Assembly (NCBI GenBank): GCA_947632595.1
Contig: CANRPY010000003.1
Coordinates: forward strand, 12,532 to 76,531
Length of the DNA: 64,000 nucleotides
Direction: 5' to 3'
Source of the DNA: an uncultured Bacilli bacterium
GTDB taxonomy: Bacteria > Bacillota_I > Bacilli_A > RF39 > UBA660
This document shows positions 19,898 through 29,395 of this stretch, in pieces; position 1 is the first letter of the stretch, and every line of letters begins with the position of its first letter. The notes beneath the pieces are model-generated. The model searched no databases and had not been told where the DNA came from. It saw only the letters and a program-made list of their open reading frames with translations. The translations under genes were made by a program, and so were the position numbers.

Positions 19898-20338
19898 CTA
19901 TTTAATTACATGTACTTTTATTTCTGCTGGAACTTCTGGATGCAAATGAAGAATTACGTTATGAAATCCTAATGATTGAATGGTATTTTGGATTTCTATC
20001 TGACTCTTCTCAATTTTATAGCCTTGCTTTTCTAATTCATCTTTGATTTGCTTTACGCTAATACTTCCAAATACTTTATCTCCTTCTCCTGTTTTTACTT
20101 TAAATTCTAGAGTTACTTTTGAAAGTTGTTCTTTTAAGGCTTTTGCATTCTTTTTATTTTCTTCTTCTTCTTTTTCTTTTCTTGCTAATTCATGGTTAAG
20201 TTTTGCTAAAGACTCTTTTGTCTTTTTTACGGCATAACCATTTTTTATTAGATAGTTTTCGGCATAGCCATCTTTTACATTTTTAATTTGCCCCTTTTTA
20301 CCTTGATTTTTTAAATCTTTGATAAAAATTACTTCCAT
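19898..20338 (-). CDS. rplI: 50S ribosomal protein L9
   Basis: MEVIFIKD...GKKG..KNVKDGYAENYLI, FGSIS; upstream of dnaB. Confidence 0.97.
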   Translation of the reverse strand: MEVIFIKDLKNQGKKGQIKNVKDGYAENYLIKNGYAVKKTKESLAKLNHELARKEKEEEENKKNAKALKEQLSKVTLEFKVKTGEGDKVFGSISVKQIKDELEKQGYKIEKSQIEIQNTIQSLGFHNVILHLHPEVPAEIKVHVIK

Positions 20339-20339
20339 T

Positions 20340-21326
20340 TTACTCTCCTTCTTCTTTAATTGCTTTTTTGACTTCTTGTTCTACTTTACTTATCGTTGTA
20401 TCTTCAAATCTTGCTGCTCCACTGGTATTGTCTCCTCCACCACCTATTTTTTCTAAGACACTTCCGATATCGTAGTTTCCAAGACTTCTTGCACTTACTC
20501 CTATCGTATCTTTTCCGATTTTTCCGATTACAAAGGATGCTTCAATATTATTAAAGAATAATAAGGTATCTGCTACTTTTGCTAAGTCTTCTCTTCTATA
20601 AATGGTATAGGGAGTTGCCTTCGTAAATGCAACATTTCCTGATAAAGTCTCTATGGATGCTAATAGTTTTTGTCTTTCTGTATACTCTTCTAGATTTTGC
20701 TTTAATAAATATTGTACTTTCTTAGCACTTGCTCCTAGGCTGGATAAATAATAGGATGTATAAAATGTCTCTGCTGTTGTGTTTAATGTATAGTTATTGG
20801 TATCTAGTACAATTCCTGATAAAATGATTGTTGCATAATAGGATTCTAATTCGACATCATAATATTCTATTAGATTTGCAATCATTTCACAAGTACTTGA
20901 TGTTTTGGTGTCTATGATTTTTACGGCATCTTCTATTGTTGTTTTGCCAATATCATGGTGATCAATAATTAGTTTGTTTTTTATTTTCTTTAATACTTCT
21001 TCATTTTGTACAAGTTCTTTTTTATTGGTATCTAGAATAATTAATAAATTTTTAGAGGCTCTAGGGTACATTTTCTCTTCTAATTCTTCTCCACGAATCG
21101 TTTCAATGCAGCCTTCTAACTCTCTTAATACTTTTTCTACTCCCATTTCGTGAGTTTTATCATCTACTATGATGTAGCATTTCTTCTTTTTTCTTTTTAG
21201 AATCATGTACATTCCTATTTGGCTACCTAAGGCATCTAAATCTAAATTCTTATGAGCCATTAAGAAGATGGTATTGGCATTTCTTACTGCTTTATTGAGT
21301 TTTCTACGTTCTTTAATGATTCCCAT
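20340..21326 (-). CDS. Stand-alone DHH/DHHA1 phosphodiesterase at the gdpP locus
   Basis: HKNLDLDALGS, IIDHH, SSTCE, GIVLDT, SARS, GGGG; lies between rpsR and rplI where gdpP normally sits, but has no TM/PAS/GGDEF region. Confidence 0.85.
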   Translation of the reverse strand: MGIIKERRKLNKAVRNANTIFLMAHKNLDLDALGSQIGMYMILKRKKKKCYIIVDDKTHEMGVEKVLRELEGCIETIRGEELEEKMYPRASKNLLIILDTNKKELVQNEEVLKKIKNKLIIDHHDIGKTTIEDAVKIIDTKTSSTCEMIANLIEYYDVELESYYATIILSGIVLDTNNYTLNTTAETFYTSYYLSSLGASAKKVQYLLKQNLEEYTERQKLLASIETLSGNVAFTKATPYTIYRREDLAKVADTLLFFNNIEASFVIGKIGKDTIGVSARSLGNYDIGSVLEKIGGGGDNTSGAARFEDTTISKVEQEVKKAIKEEGE

Positions 21327-21404
21327 ATTTCCTCCTATAAAGTCTCATAAATATTATATAATAAAAGTTAGTCTTTGTCTAATAAAACAAAGGTTTCCAA
21401 CAAC

Positions 21405-21432
21405 AAAAAAATGTAGAATTTTCTACATTTTT
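21405..21432 (-). terminator. Intrinsic terminator of rpsF-ssb-rpsR
   Basis: AAAAATGTAGAA..TTCTACATTTTT inverted repeat with U-tract on the - strand, right after the rpsR stop. Confidence 0.7.
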
Positions 21433-21646
21433 ATTTTGCAAATGGTAATAAGGCAATTGCACGTGCTCTTTTGATTTGTTTTGAAATAAATCTTTGATGT
21501 TCTGCACAGTTACCTGTTACACGTCTTGGTAAAATTTTACCTTTTTCATTGATATATTTTCTTAATGCTTCTGGATCTTTCCAATCAACGGTTTTTCCAG
21601 TACACATGATACATACTTTTTTCTTTCTTCTATTGAATTCTGCCAT
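21431..21646 (-). CDS. rpsR: 30S ribosomal protein S18 (zinc-binding type)
   Basis: [39 protein letters not shown]. Confidence 0.97.
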   Translation of the reverse strand: MAEFNRRKKKVCIMCTGKTVDWKDPEALRKYINEKGKILPRRVTGNCAEHQRFISKQIKRARAIALLPFAK

Positions 21647-21670
21647 GTTCACTCCTCCTTTTCTTTGTTA

Positions 21671-22153
21671 CTAGAAAGGTAATTCATCATCACTGATTTC
21701 GATATTTGAACCGAAGTCTGCGAATGGATTACTATCTATATCGGTTCCCTTTGGTTCTGGAGTATCTCCAAAATCGTATGGGGTTGGTCCTGCATTGTTT
21801 GCAGAACTATTCATATTACTTGAATTACTTGAGGAATTCTTTGATCCTAAAAATTCAACATTGTCAGCAACTACTTCTGTTACATATCTTTTTTGACCAT
21901 TGTTGTCATCATAGCTTCTTGTTTGGATTCTTCCATCAATTGCTACTTGGCTTCCTTGTGTTAAATAATTTTTTACATTTTCTGCTTGTTTTCTCCATAC
22001 CACGATATTAATGAAGTCAGCTTCTCTTTCTCCACTTTGATTGGTAAAGGTTCTATTGACTGCGATGGAGAATGTTGCAACAGCGGTATTGCTTCCTGTG
22101 TATCTTAATTCTGGATCTCTTGTTAATCTTCCTATTAAAAATACTTTATTCAT
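21671..22153 (-). CDS. ssb: Single-stranded DNA-binding protein
   Basis: MNKVFLIGRLTRDPELRYT, READFINIVVWRKQAEN, acidic DDELPF tail. Confidence 0.98.
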   Translation of the reverse strand: MNKVFLIGRLTRDPELRYTGSNTAVATFSIAVNRTFTNQSGEREADFINIVVWRKQAENVKNYLTQGSQVAIDGRIQTRSYDDNNGQKRYVTEVVADNVEFLGSKNSSSNSSNMNSSANNAGPTPYDFGDTPEPKGTDIDSNPFADFGSNIEISDDELPF

Positions 22154-22174
22154 AACTTTTAACCTCTTTCATTA

Positions 22175-22462
22175 TTAGTCTTCTACTTTTACAACAATAT
22201 GACGTAATAAACTTTCGTTAATTCTAGCAACACGTTTAAATTCTTCTTCTGCAGCTGCAGTTGCTTCTACTACAAATAAGTAATAGTATCCTGTTGAAAA
22301 CTTCTTTACTTCATAAGCAAGTTCTCTTTGTCCCATTGGTTTTTCTTCTAGGATATTTGCTTTTGCATCTGTTAAAACCTTTTTCATAGATTCTGCTGTT
22401 TTTCTAATTTCTGCTTCCTCCATATCTGGTCTAACAACGAACATGATTTCATATTTATTCAT
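22175..22462 (-). CDS. rpsF: 30S ribosomal protein S6
   Basis: MNKYEIMFVVRP, GQRELAYEVKK, LLRHIVVK; start ATG 22462. Confidence 0.97.
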   Translation of the reverse strand: MNKYEIMFVVRPDMEEAEIRKTAESMKKVLTDAKANILEEKPMGQRELAYEVKKFSTGYYYLFVVEATAAAEEEFKRVARINESLLRHIVVKVED

Positions 22463-22467
22463 TATTT

Positions 22468-22515
22468 TCCACCTCCTTTTGGACATTTGACTGTTATAAA
22501 CAGTAAGGAGTATTT
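22468..22515 (-). promoter_or_regulatory. S6:S18 ribosomal protein leader
   Basis: - strand ACTCCTTACTGTTTATAACAGTCAAATGTCCAAAAGGAGGTG: CTCCTT pairs with the AAGGAG RBS around an inner ACTG/CAGT hairpin, as in the Firmicutes rpsF leader. Confidence 0.7.
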
Positions 22516-22568
22516 AAAATACTCGAAGGTATTATAACAAATTCTTGTTTTCTTTGCAAGTAATAATT

Positions 22569-23669
22569 CTATACATTAAAGCGGAAATGACAGATATCTC
22601 CATCTTGCATTAGATATTCTTTTCCCTCTAATCTTGCTTTTCCTGCTTCTTTTACTTTTAATTCGCTTCCACACTCGATTAAATCTTCATATGACATTAC
22701 TTCTGCGCGGATAAATCCTTTTTCAAAGTCTGTATGAATGATTCCTGCACATTCTTTGGCATTCATTCCTTTACGGAACGTCCATGCTCTTACTTCATCT
22801 TTTCCTACTGTGAAATACGTTGCTAATCCTAAGGTATCATAGGTTGCGGTTATTAATTGATTTAGTCCAGATTCTTCTACTCCTAAAGCTTCTAGCATTT
22901 CTTTTTTTTCTTCTTCTGTCATTTCACTTAAGTCTTCTTCTACTTTGGCACATAGACTTACTACTTTAGCATTTTCTTTTTGTGCATACTCTTTTACTTT
23001 TTTAACGTATTCATTATCTGGATTTCCTAATTCGCTTTCTTTGATATTTGCAAGATAAATCATTGGTTTTGCTGTTAAAAAACTATACGTTTTAATGACT
23101 TTTTTCTCTTCTTCTTTTAATTCTATTTGACGAATTGGTTTGTTTTCCTCTAAGGTTTTTTTACATTTTTCTAAGGTTTCTACTTCTAATAGATCATTTT
23201 TATCTTTCGTTGTTCGTGCTTTTTTTGCTACTTTTTCTAGTCTATTTTGAATGATATCTAAGTCTGCAATCGCTAACTCTAGATTGATGGTTTCAATATC
23301 TCTTATTGGATCAATATTTCCCTCTACGTGAATAATTTTTCCATCATCAAAACATCTTACGACTTCTACTATCGCATCTACTTCTCGAATATGAGATAGG
23401 AATTTATTTCCAAGACCTTCTCCTTTGCTAGCTCCTTTTACAAGTCCTGCAATATCTGTAAATTCATAAGCTGTTGGAATAAAACGATTCGGTTCATACA
23501 TTTCTTTTAATTTATCCATTCTTTTATCTGGTACAGTTACGACTCCTACATTTGGTTCTATGGTTGCAAATGGGTAATTTTCTGCTAAAATCTTTTGATT
23601 GGTAATTGCATTAAATAACGTAGATTTTCCTACATTTGGTAATCCTACTATTCCTGCGGTTAAACTCAT
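22569..23669 (-). CDS. ychF: Ribosome-binding ATPase YchF
   Basis: GIVGLPNVGKSTLFNA, NYPFATIEPN, DIAGLVKGAS, AGIIHTDFEKGFIRAE, FRFNV. Confidence 0.98.
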   Translation of the reverse strand: MSLTAGIVGLPNVGKSTLFNAITNQKILAENYPFATIEPNVGVVTVPDKRMDKLKEMYEPNRFIPTAYEFTDIAGLVKGASKGEGLGNKFLSHIREVDAIVEVVRCFDDGKIIHVEGNIDPIRDIETINLELAIADLDIIQNRLEKVAKKARTTKDKNDLLEVETLEKCKKTLEENKPIRQIELKEEEKKVIKTYSFLTAKPMIYLANIKESELGNPDNEYVKKVKEYAQKENAKVVSLCAKVEEDLSEMTEEEKKEMLEALGVEESGLNQLITATYDTLGLATYFTVGKDEVRAWTFRKGMNAKECAGIIHTDFEKGFIRAEVMSYEDLIECGSELKVKEAGKARLEGKEYLMQDGDICHFRFNV

Positions 23670-23752
23670 ATTTACACCTCTTTTTTCTACTTGTTTATTA
23701 TACCATATATCTTATTTTTTCGTATAAAAAAATCATATCTTTCAATATGATT

Positions 23753-25348
23753 TTATATTGTTGGTACAACACCTGGTCCAATTGGTAATCCTATTATGTA
23801 CCAAATGACTACAATTAGAATCCATGTTAGAGAAATGATTAGGAAATATGGGGTAATTAATCCTAAGGTTCCTCTAATCGTGTATGGTTTTTGTTTATTT
23901 AAGTTGTAGACATTTAAATATCCTATAAAGATGACAAAGGATGCCAGTAAAGGGGTATATCCTTTTGTCATGGAATCTGCTACTCTCATGACGATTTGAG
24001 CAAATTGTGGTGAAATATTTGATTGCATAAACATAGGGACAACGGCTGGAGAAAAGATTAACCACTTATTTGCAGGCGATGTTAAGAATATATTGGAGAA
24101 TGCGATTAATAATAAAGATACAATGATTAGTGGTATGCCACTAAATTGCATATTTTCTAAGGCAGTTGCTAACCAAGCTGTTATGACTACTCCAATATTA
24201 CTTTTTCTAAATACGGCAATGAATTGGGATACGACGAACATTAAGATAAAGATACTTCCAATATTATTAAAGTTCTTTCCTGCATTTTCTACGATGTTTT
24301 TATCATTTTTAATGGATTTACTTCCTACTCCATAAGCAATTCCACATAAAATAAAGAATAGGGATACGATATAGGTAAATCCATCTTGGAAGTATGCATT
24401 GGCACCAAATAATTGATTGACATATGCACTTTCTTTTAAGTCAAGTAATAATCCTGAAAATGGTAGACCTGGAATTAAGGCATAAATAAAGGCAATGGCA
24501 ACTAAGATTGCTACTACTAGTGCATATCTTAATCCTCTTTTTTCATATTTATCTTGTTCAATTTGTCTTTGTTCTTCCTCTTCTAGATCAAAAGAATGAT
24601 ATTTTTCTGTTTCAGAATATTCTTCATCCTTTTTATATTTTCCAATCCTTGGAGCAATAATTTTTTCTATGACAATCGTTCCGACTATCGATAGGATAAT
24701 GGATGCTGCAATAATGAAGATTAAGTTTGAAGTAAGAGCAATATGTGCTTTATCATCGATTAATCTTGCGGCATTTGTTGTGTAATTAATTAGTGATATT
24801 TCCATGGATCCTACAAAGACTGAGACTCCGTAACCAAAGGACACTCCACAAAAGGCTGTTACAATTCCTAATAATGGATTTCGATTGTTAATAAAGTATA
24901 TCAAGGCTACCATTGGTATTAGAATGGCATATCCTACTTCATTAATTAGAGATGACATTGTTGAAATAAAAATAACTAAGAAGGTAAATAGGAATTTAGG
25001 CATTTTACTAATATGTCTTTTTGTAATTGTTTGAATAAATCCTGTTCCTTCTGCTACTGTTAATCCTATTAAAGATAAGATTAATGTTCCTAATGGAGCA
25101 AAACTTAAAAAGTTTTTCGCTGCATCACTAATTATAAATTTTATTCCATCAAATGATAATAAGTTTTCTACCGTAACCAATACTGGTTCTAATTCGTTGG
25201 TGTTTGTATTCACAGTATTATATGTTGCTTGCATCTGTAGTAGAGAAAGAATCCAACTTGCAAATACTGTTAGAAAGGTTAGGGCAATAAACATGGTTAC
25301 TGGGTGAAAATAAAATTTCTTTAATCTAAGTTTTCCTCTTTCTTGCAT
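23753..25348 (-). CDS. AbgT-family transporter
   Basis: HPVTMF, NLLSFDGI, NF..FAPLG, RNPLLG...AFCGVSFG, SQFIAVFRKSNIG, RVADS, IGLPIGPG. Confidence 0.85.
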   Translation of the reverse strand: MQERGKLRLKKFYFHPVTMFIALTFLTVFASWILSLLQMQATYNTVNTNTNELEPVLVTVENLLSFDGIKFIISDAAKNFLSFAPLGTLILSLIGLTVAEGTGFIQTITKRHISKMPKFLFTFLVIFISTMSSLINEVGYAILIPMVALIYFINNRNPLLGIVTAFCGVSFGYGVSVFVGSMEISLINYTTNAARLIDDKAHIALTSNLIFIIAASIILSIVGTIVIEKIIAPRIGKYKKDEEYSETEKYHSFDLEEEEQRQIEQDKYEKRGLRYALVVAILVAIAFIYALIPGLPFSGLLLDLKESAYVNQLFGANAYFQDGFTYIVSLFFILCGIAYGVGSKSIKNDKNIVENAGKNFNNIGSIFILMFVVSQFIAVFRKSNIGVVITAWLATALENMQFSGIPLIIVSLLLIAFSNIFLTSPANKWLIFSPAVVPMFMQSNISPQFAQIVMRVADSMTKGYTPLLASFVIFIGYLNVYNLNKQKPYTIRGTLGLITPYFLIISLTWILIVVIWYIIGLPIGPGVVPTI

Positions 25349-25356
25349 ATAGACAC

Positions 25357-25557
25357 CTACTCCTTTATCTTCTTTAATTTCTTATTAAATTCTATTCTAG
25401 GAATGAGAACTGTTCTACCACAATTTAAACATTTTATTTTGATATCAGCTCCTACACGGACAATTTCCCACTCATTGGTTCCGCATGGATGTTGTTTTTT
25501 CATAATGACAATTGTTCCCAATCCATAGTTATTTTTTTCGTTTTCCATTGTCCTCAT
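25357..25557 (-). CDS. DUF951 (YyzM-like) protein
   Basis: MKKQHPCG..EWEIVRVGADIKIKCLNCGR. Confidence 0.9.
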   Translation of the reverse strand: MRTMENEKNNYGLGTIVIMKKQHPCGTNEWEIVRVGADIKIKCLNCGRTVLIPRIEFNKKLKKIKE

Positions 25558-25567
25558 CTTCCTCTTT

Positions 25568-26488
25568 TTATTTATCGATTGCGATATTCAATAATTCTAA
25601 GATACGATTAAGATCTTTTTCATTTACAAAATTAATTTCTATTTTATTTTTCTTAATAGATACTTTTGTTCCTAATTTATCGCTCATTTCTTCTTCTAAA
25701 TAAGAATATTCTCTATTTTCTTTTTTACGATGTTGTGGGTTTGTCTTGATAATTTTTGGTTCTTGTGTTAAAGATTCTAATTCTCTAACACTGATTCCTT
25801 CCTTGATAATTTTCTCTTCTAGTTCTTTTTGTTGTGTTTTATTATCTAATTTACTTAGTACTCTGGCATGTCCCATCGTGATTTTTTTTTGATTAATATC
25901 TTCTTGAATTTCGATTGGTAATGTTAAAAGACCTAGCATATTGGTAATATGACTTCTACTCTTTCCTAGGCGTTTTGCTAAATCTTCTTGCGTTAATGTT
26001 AGGGTTTCTTGTAATTTTTTATATGCGGTTGCTTCTTCAATTGCTGTTAAGTTTTCTCTTTGTAAGTTTTCTAGAAGAGCTATCTCCATCATCTGAGTAT
26101 CATTAAATTCACGGATAATAGCTGGTATTTCTTCTAATCCCGCCATAAGAGATGCTTTTACTCTTCGCTCACCAGCTATAATTTCATATCCTTTAATTGA
26201 TTTTTTAACAATAATTGGTTGAAATACTCCATGTTCTTTAATGGAATCTGATAATTCTTGTAAGGCCTCTTCATCGAAGACTTTTCTTGGCTGATAAGGA
26301 TTGCTTCTTAATTCACTTAATTTTATGTTTACAATTTCTTCTTTTGGCGTTTCGCTTACAATTTTTTCTTCCACCGTACTATAGTCTAGTACTTCATTGT
26401 TAAAAAGTTCTTCTAGTCCTTTTCCTAATGCTCTTCTTCTTGGAATTCCACTACTCGATATATTATTGTTGGTTTCCATTTCTTTCAA
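25568..26488 (-). CDS. parB: Chromosome partitioning CTPase ParB/Spo0J
   Basis: ALGKGL ParA-activating motif, NPYQPR, IIAGERR, ENLQRENL, HTH GKSRSHITN...MGHAR (parS-type residues). Confidence 0.96.
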   Translation of the reverse strand: MKEMETNNNISSSGIPRRRALGKGLEELFNNEVLDYSTVEEKIVSETPKEEIVNIKLSELRSNPYQPRKVFDEEALQELSDSIKEHGVFQPIIVKKSIKGYEIIAGERRVKASLMAGLEEIPAIIREFNDTQMMEIALLENLQRENLTAIEEATAYKKLQETLTLTQEDLAKRLGKSRSHITNMLGLLTLPIEIQEDINQKKITMGHARVLSKLDNKTQQKELEEKIIKEGISVRELESLTQEPKIIKTNPQHRKKENREYSYLEEEMSDKLGTKVSIKKNKIEINFVNEKDLNRILELLNIAIDK

Positions 26489-27254
26489 TCACTTCCTTTG
26501 CTAGATTGATATAGGCTTCAGCTCCCCTACTCTTTGGATCATATACAATAATTGGTTCTCCATGAGAAGGAGCTTCTGTTAGTTTTACTAATCTTGGAAT
26601 AATGGTATTGTATACTTTTTCTTTAAAGAAACTACGGATATCTTCCACAACTTCAAATCCTAAATTGGTTCTAGAGTCTAACATGGTTAGTAATACTCCT
26701 TCAATATCTAATGTTGGATTTAAGGATTTTTGTGCCATCATAATGGTTTTTAATAATTGTGTAATTCCTTCTAGTGCGAAAAATTCACATTGTACAGGAA
26801 TAATTACTGAATTGGATGCGGTTAAAGCATTCGTTGTAATGACATCTAATGATGGAGGACAATCGATGATAACATAATCAAACTCTTCTCTTAATTCTTG
26901 AAGACATATTTTTAATTGTTCTCCTTTTTTAAATCCTGCAATGGTTCTACTTTTTTCTAATAATTCGGCATTTAATCCTGCTAAATTAATGGTAGCAGGT
27001 ACTACATATAAATTTTTATATTTTGTTTTAATCATTGCTTGTTGCATTGTGCATTCTTCTATTAAAACATCATAGATACTTTTTTCAATATCTCCTTTAT
27101 TGATTCCTACACCAGTAGTTGTATTTCCTTGTGGATCTAGGTCTATTAATAATACTTTTTTCCCTAATACTGCTAATGATGCTGAAAGATTGATGCTAGT
27201 TGTTGTTTTTCCAACTCCACCTTTTTGATTTACTAATGATATAACCTTTCCCAT
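26463..27254 (-). CDS. parA: Chromosome partitioning ATPase ParA/Soj
   Basis: NQKGGVGKTTT, DLDPQGN, IDCPPSL, IPVQCEFFALEG, EAPSHG. Confidence 0.97.
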   Translation of the reverse strand: MGKVISLVNQKGGVGKTTTSINLSASLAVLGKKVLLIDLDPQGNTTTGVGINKGDIEKSIYDVLIEECTMQQAMIKTKYKNLYVVPATINLAGLNAELLEKSRTIAGFKKGEQLKICLQELREEFDYVIIDCPPSLDVITTNALTASNSVIIPVQCEFFALEGITQLLKTIMMAQKSLNPTLDIEGVLLTMLDSRTNLGFEVVEDIRSFFKEKVYNTIIPRLVKLTEAPSHGEPIIVYDPKSRGAEAYINLAKEVIERNGNQQ

Positions 27255-27346
27255 CTAATCACCCATTTTCATATTACTAGTTTATTGTACCAAATAATCT
27301 TTTTTTTTGAAACTCTTTTCCTCAAAAAAAAGTAGATTTCAAAAAT

Positions 27347-28645
27347 CTACTCTTTATCAATTTTAATAATAATTTGATATGACTTTGGAAAATTCATTTC
27401 ATCTGCATTTATGCTTACACCGTGATTCTTTAAGTCTTCGATTGTTTGCTTGATTTTTTTGGTTGCTTCTTCAATTGTATAATTGCCTGTTGTACTTTCT
27501 CCTAAACCAATTGGTGTGCTGTCTATTGATGGTAAGATACTTGGAGAAAGATTGTTTTGTTCTGGAAGACTTGTGTTTTCTATCTTGATAGATGCTAACT
27601 CTGGAGATGAGAAGTAATCTTCTTTTTCTGCTTTTTCTTCCTTACTCATTGTTGGAGGAGTTGATGTTGGAATATTTAACAAGTTATCAATTGCTGCCCC
27701 ACTGCTTGCTGCTTTGATATCGGTTGCATTTTGTCTTACTTCATTTACATTAATCGATGGAATCACATCTGGTAAGCCTGCTCCATTCATACCCATTCCT
27801 ATATTTTGTTCTTTATTGTTTTCTCCATAATTAATAAATTTATCCATGGTCTTTTCCTCCCCTTCTGGGTCTTCATCATCTGGGTTCGTTGGAGGTGCAA
27901 TTACCACTTTTCCATAATTTGATGTTTCTTCCTCAATTGTTGAAGAAGTTGGAATCAGTGGTGTAGAATCTAATAATCCTCCAATAGATGCAGAGGCATT
28001 TTGGTCAATTGGAATATCAGAAGCATCTTTTCCTTTTGGATATTTTTCTTTGATTTCCTCTTCTAGAGCTCTCACACTCATCTTTGTTGTAATAATTCTT
28101 TCTACCATTTCTTTTTGTACAGCGACATCTGGTACATTTAGTAATGCTCTTGCATGTCTTTCTGAGATTTGCTCTTTTAATAGAGATTCTTGAATTTCTT
28201 CTGGTAAAGATAATAATCTTAATTTATTCGCTACTGCAGATTGACTCTTTCCCATTGTTCTTGCTAATTCTTCTTGAGTCATCTGATCTAGTTCTAATAT
28301 TTTTTGATAAGTTCTTGCTTCTTCTATTGGGTTTAAATTTCTTCTTTGTAAATTCTCAAGCAATGCTACTTTAGAACTTTCTTTATCATCTAAATTGCGT
28401 ATAATTGCTGGTATTTTAGTCATTCCTGCCAAAGCAGATGCTTTATATCTTCTTTCTCCTGCAATGATTTCATATTTTCCATTGATGTTTCTTACAATAA
28501 TTGGTTGAATTACGCCATGTTCTTTAATAGATACTGCTAATTCTTTCAATGCTTTTTCATCAAACACTTCTCGTGGTTGAAATCTATTTGGAATAATATC
28601 ATCTAGATATAATTGTACTACTTCATCTTTATTTTCATCATACAT
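27347..28645 (-). CDS. noc: Nucleoid occlusion protein Noc (ParB paralog) with long internal insertion
   Basis: rsmG-noc-soj-spo0J synteny; IIPNRFQPR, GERRYKA, HTH GKSQSAVANKLRLL...SERHARALL; Noc-like C-terminal segment (IKQTIEDLKNHGVSINADE..F..YQIIIKI). Confidence 0.85.
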   Translation of the reverse strand: MYDENKDEVVQLYLDDIIPNRFQPREVFDEKALKELAVSIKEHGVIQPIIVRNINGKYEIIAGERRYKASALAGMTKIPAIIRNLDDKESSKVALLENLQRRNLNPIEEARTYQKILELDQMTQEELARTMGKSQSAVANKLRLLSLPEEIQESLLKEQISERHARALLNVPDVAVQKEMVERIITTKMSVRALEEEIKEKYPKGKDASDIPIDQNASASIGGLLDSTPLIPTSSTIEEETSNYGKVVIAPPTNPDDEDPEGEEKTMDKFINYGENNKEQNIGMGMNGAGLPDVIPSINVNEVRQNATDIKAASSGAAIDNLLNIPTSTPPTMSKEEKAEKEDYFSSPELASIKIENTSLPEQNNLSPSILPSIDSTPIGLGESTTGNYTIEEATKKIKQTIEDLKNHGVSINADEMNFPKSYQIIIKIDKE

Positions 28646-28744
28646 GATAATCCCTCACTTTATTCTTTTATTTTGCCTATATTATCATTATAATGTATTT
28701 TCTTTCTTCTTTCAACTTATTTTCATAGAAAAAGCATGTAAAAA

Positions 28745-29395
28745 TTACATACTTTTTTTTCTCATAACGACTAGTGTTCTTATACTATTTTCTTTTGGAA
28801 GATAAAACTTTTCTAGTTGATTTATTGTGTATTTTTTCTCTAATTTTTGTCTTACTTCTCTTGTTAATTCTTCTTCTACATTTGCTTTCATTGCAACAAA
28901 GATTCCTTCTTTAGCAACTAAATGCATCGTATAATTCACTAATTTTTCTATGTTGGCTACTGCTCTAGAAGTTACTACATCAAATTGTCCTTTATATTCT
29001 TCTCCTCTTGTATGAATTGCTGTAATGTCTTTTAAATCTAATTTTTTAATGACTTCTTGTAGATAATTTACTCTTTTTTGTAAGGAATCAATTAGTGTTA
29101 CTTTTAGATTAGGAAAACAGATTTTTAAGACTATTCCTGGGAATCCTGCTCCTGTTCCCACATCGCATAATGTTTCTACTTTATTTAGATTCACTACTTT
29201 TTGTATGGTTAAGCTATCATAAAAGTGTTTTAAATAAACTTCTTTTTCCTCTGTAATACGAGTTAAGTTTATCTTTTCATTCCATTCTAACATCATTGAG
29301 TAAAATTCTTGTAGTTTTTGCATCTTGTCTTCACTCATTTGAATTCCTAATTTGGTTACTTCTTCTATGAATTCTTCTTTATTCATTTTTTCCAT
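28745..29395 (-). CDS. rsmG: 16S rRNA m7G527 methyltransferase
   Basis: WNEKINLT, KHFYDSL, DVGTGAGFPG, FDVVTSRAVA. Confidence 0.97.
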   Translation of the reverse strand: MEKMNKEEFIEEVTKLGIQMSEDKMQKLQEFYSMMLEWNEKINLTRITEEKEVYLKHFYDSLTIQKVVNLNKVETLCDVGTGAGFPGIVLKICFPNLKVTLIDSLQKRVNYLQEVIKKLDLKDITAIHTRGEEYKGQFDVVTSRAVANIEKLVNYTMHLVAKEGIFVAMKANVEEELTREVRQKLEKKYTINQLEKFYLPKENSIRTLVVMRKKSM

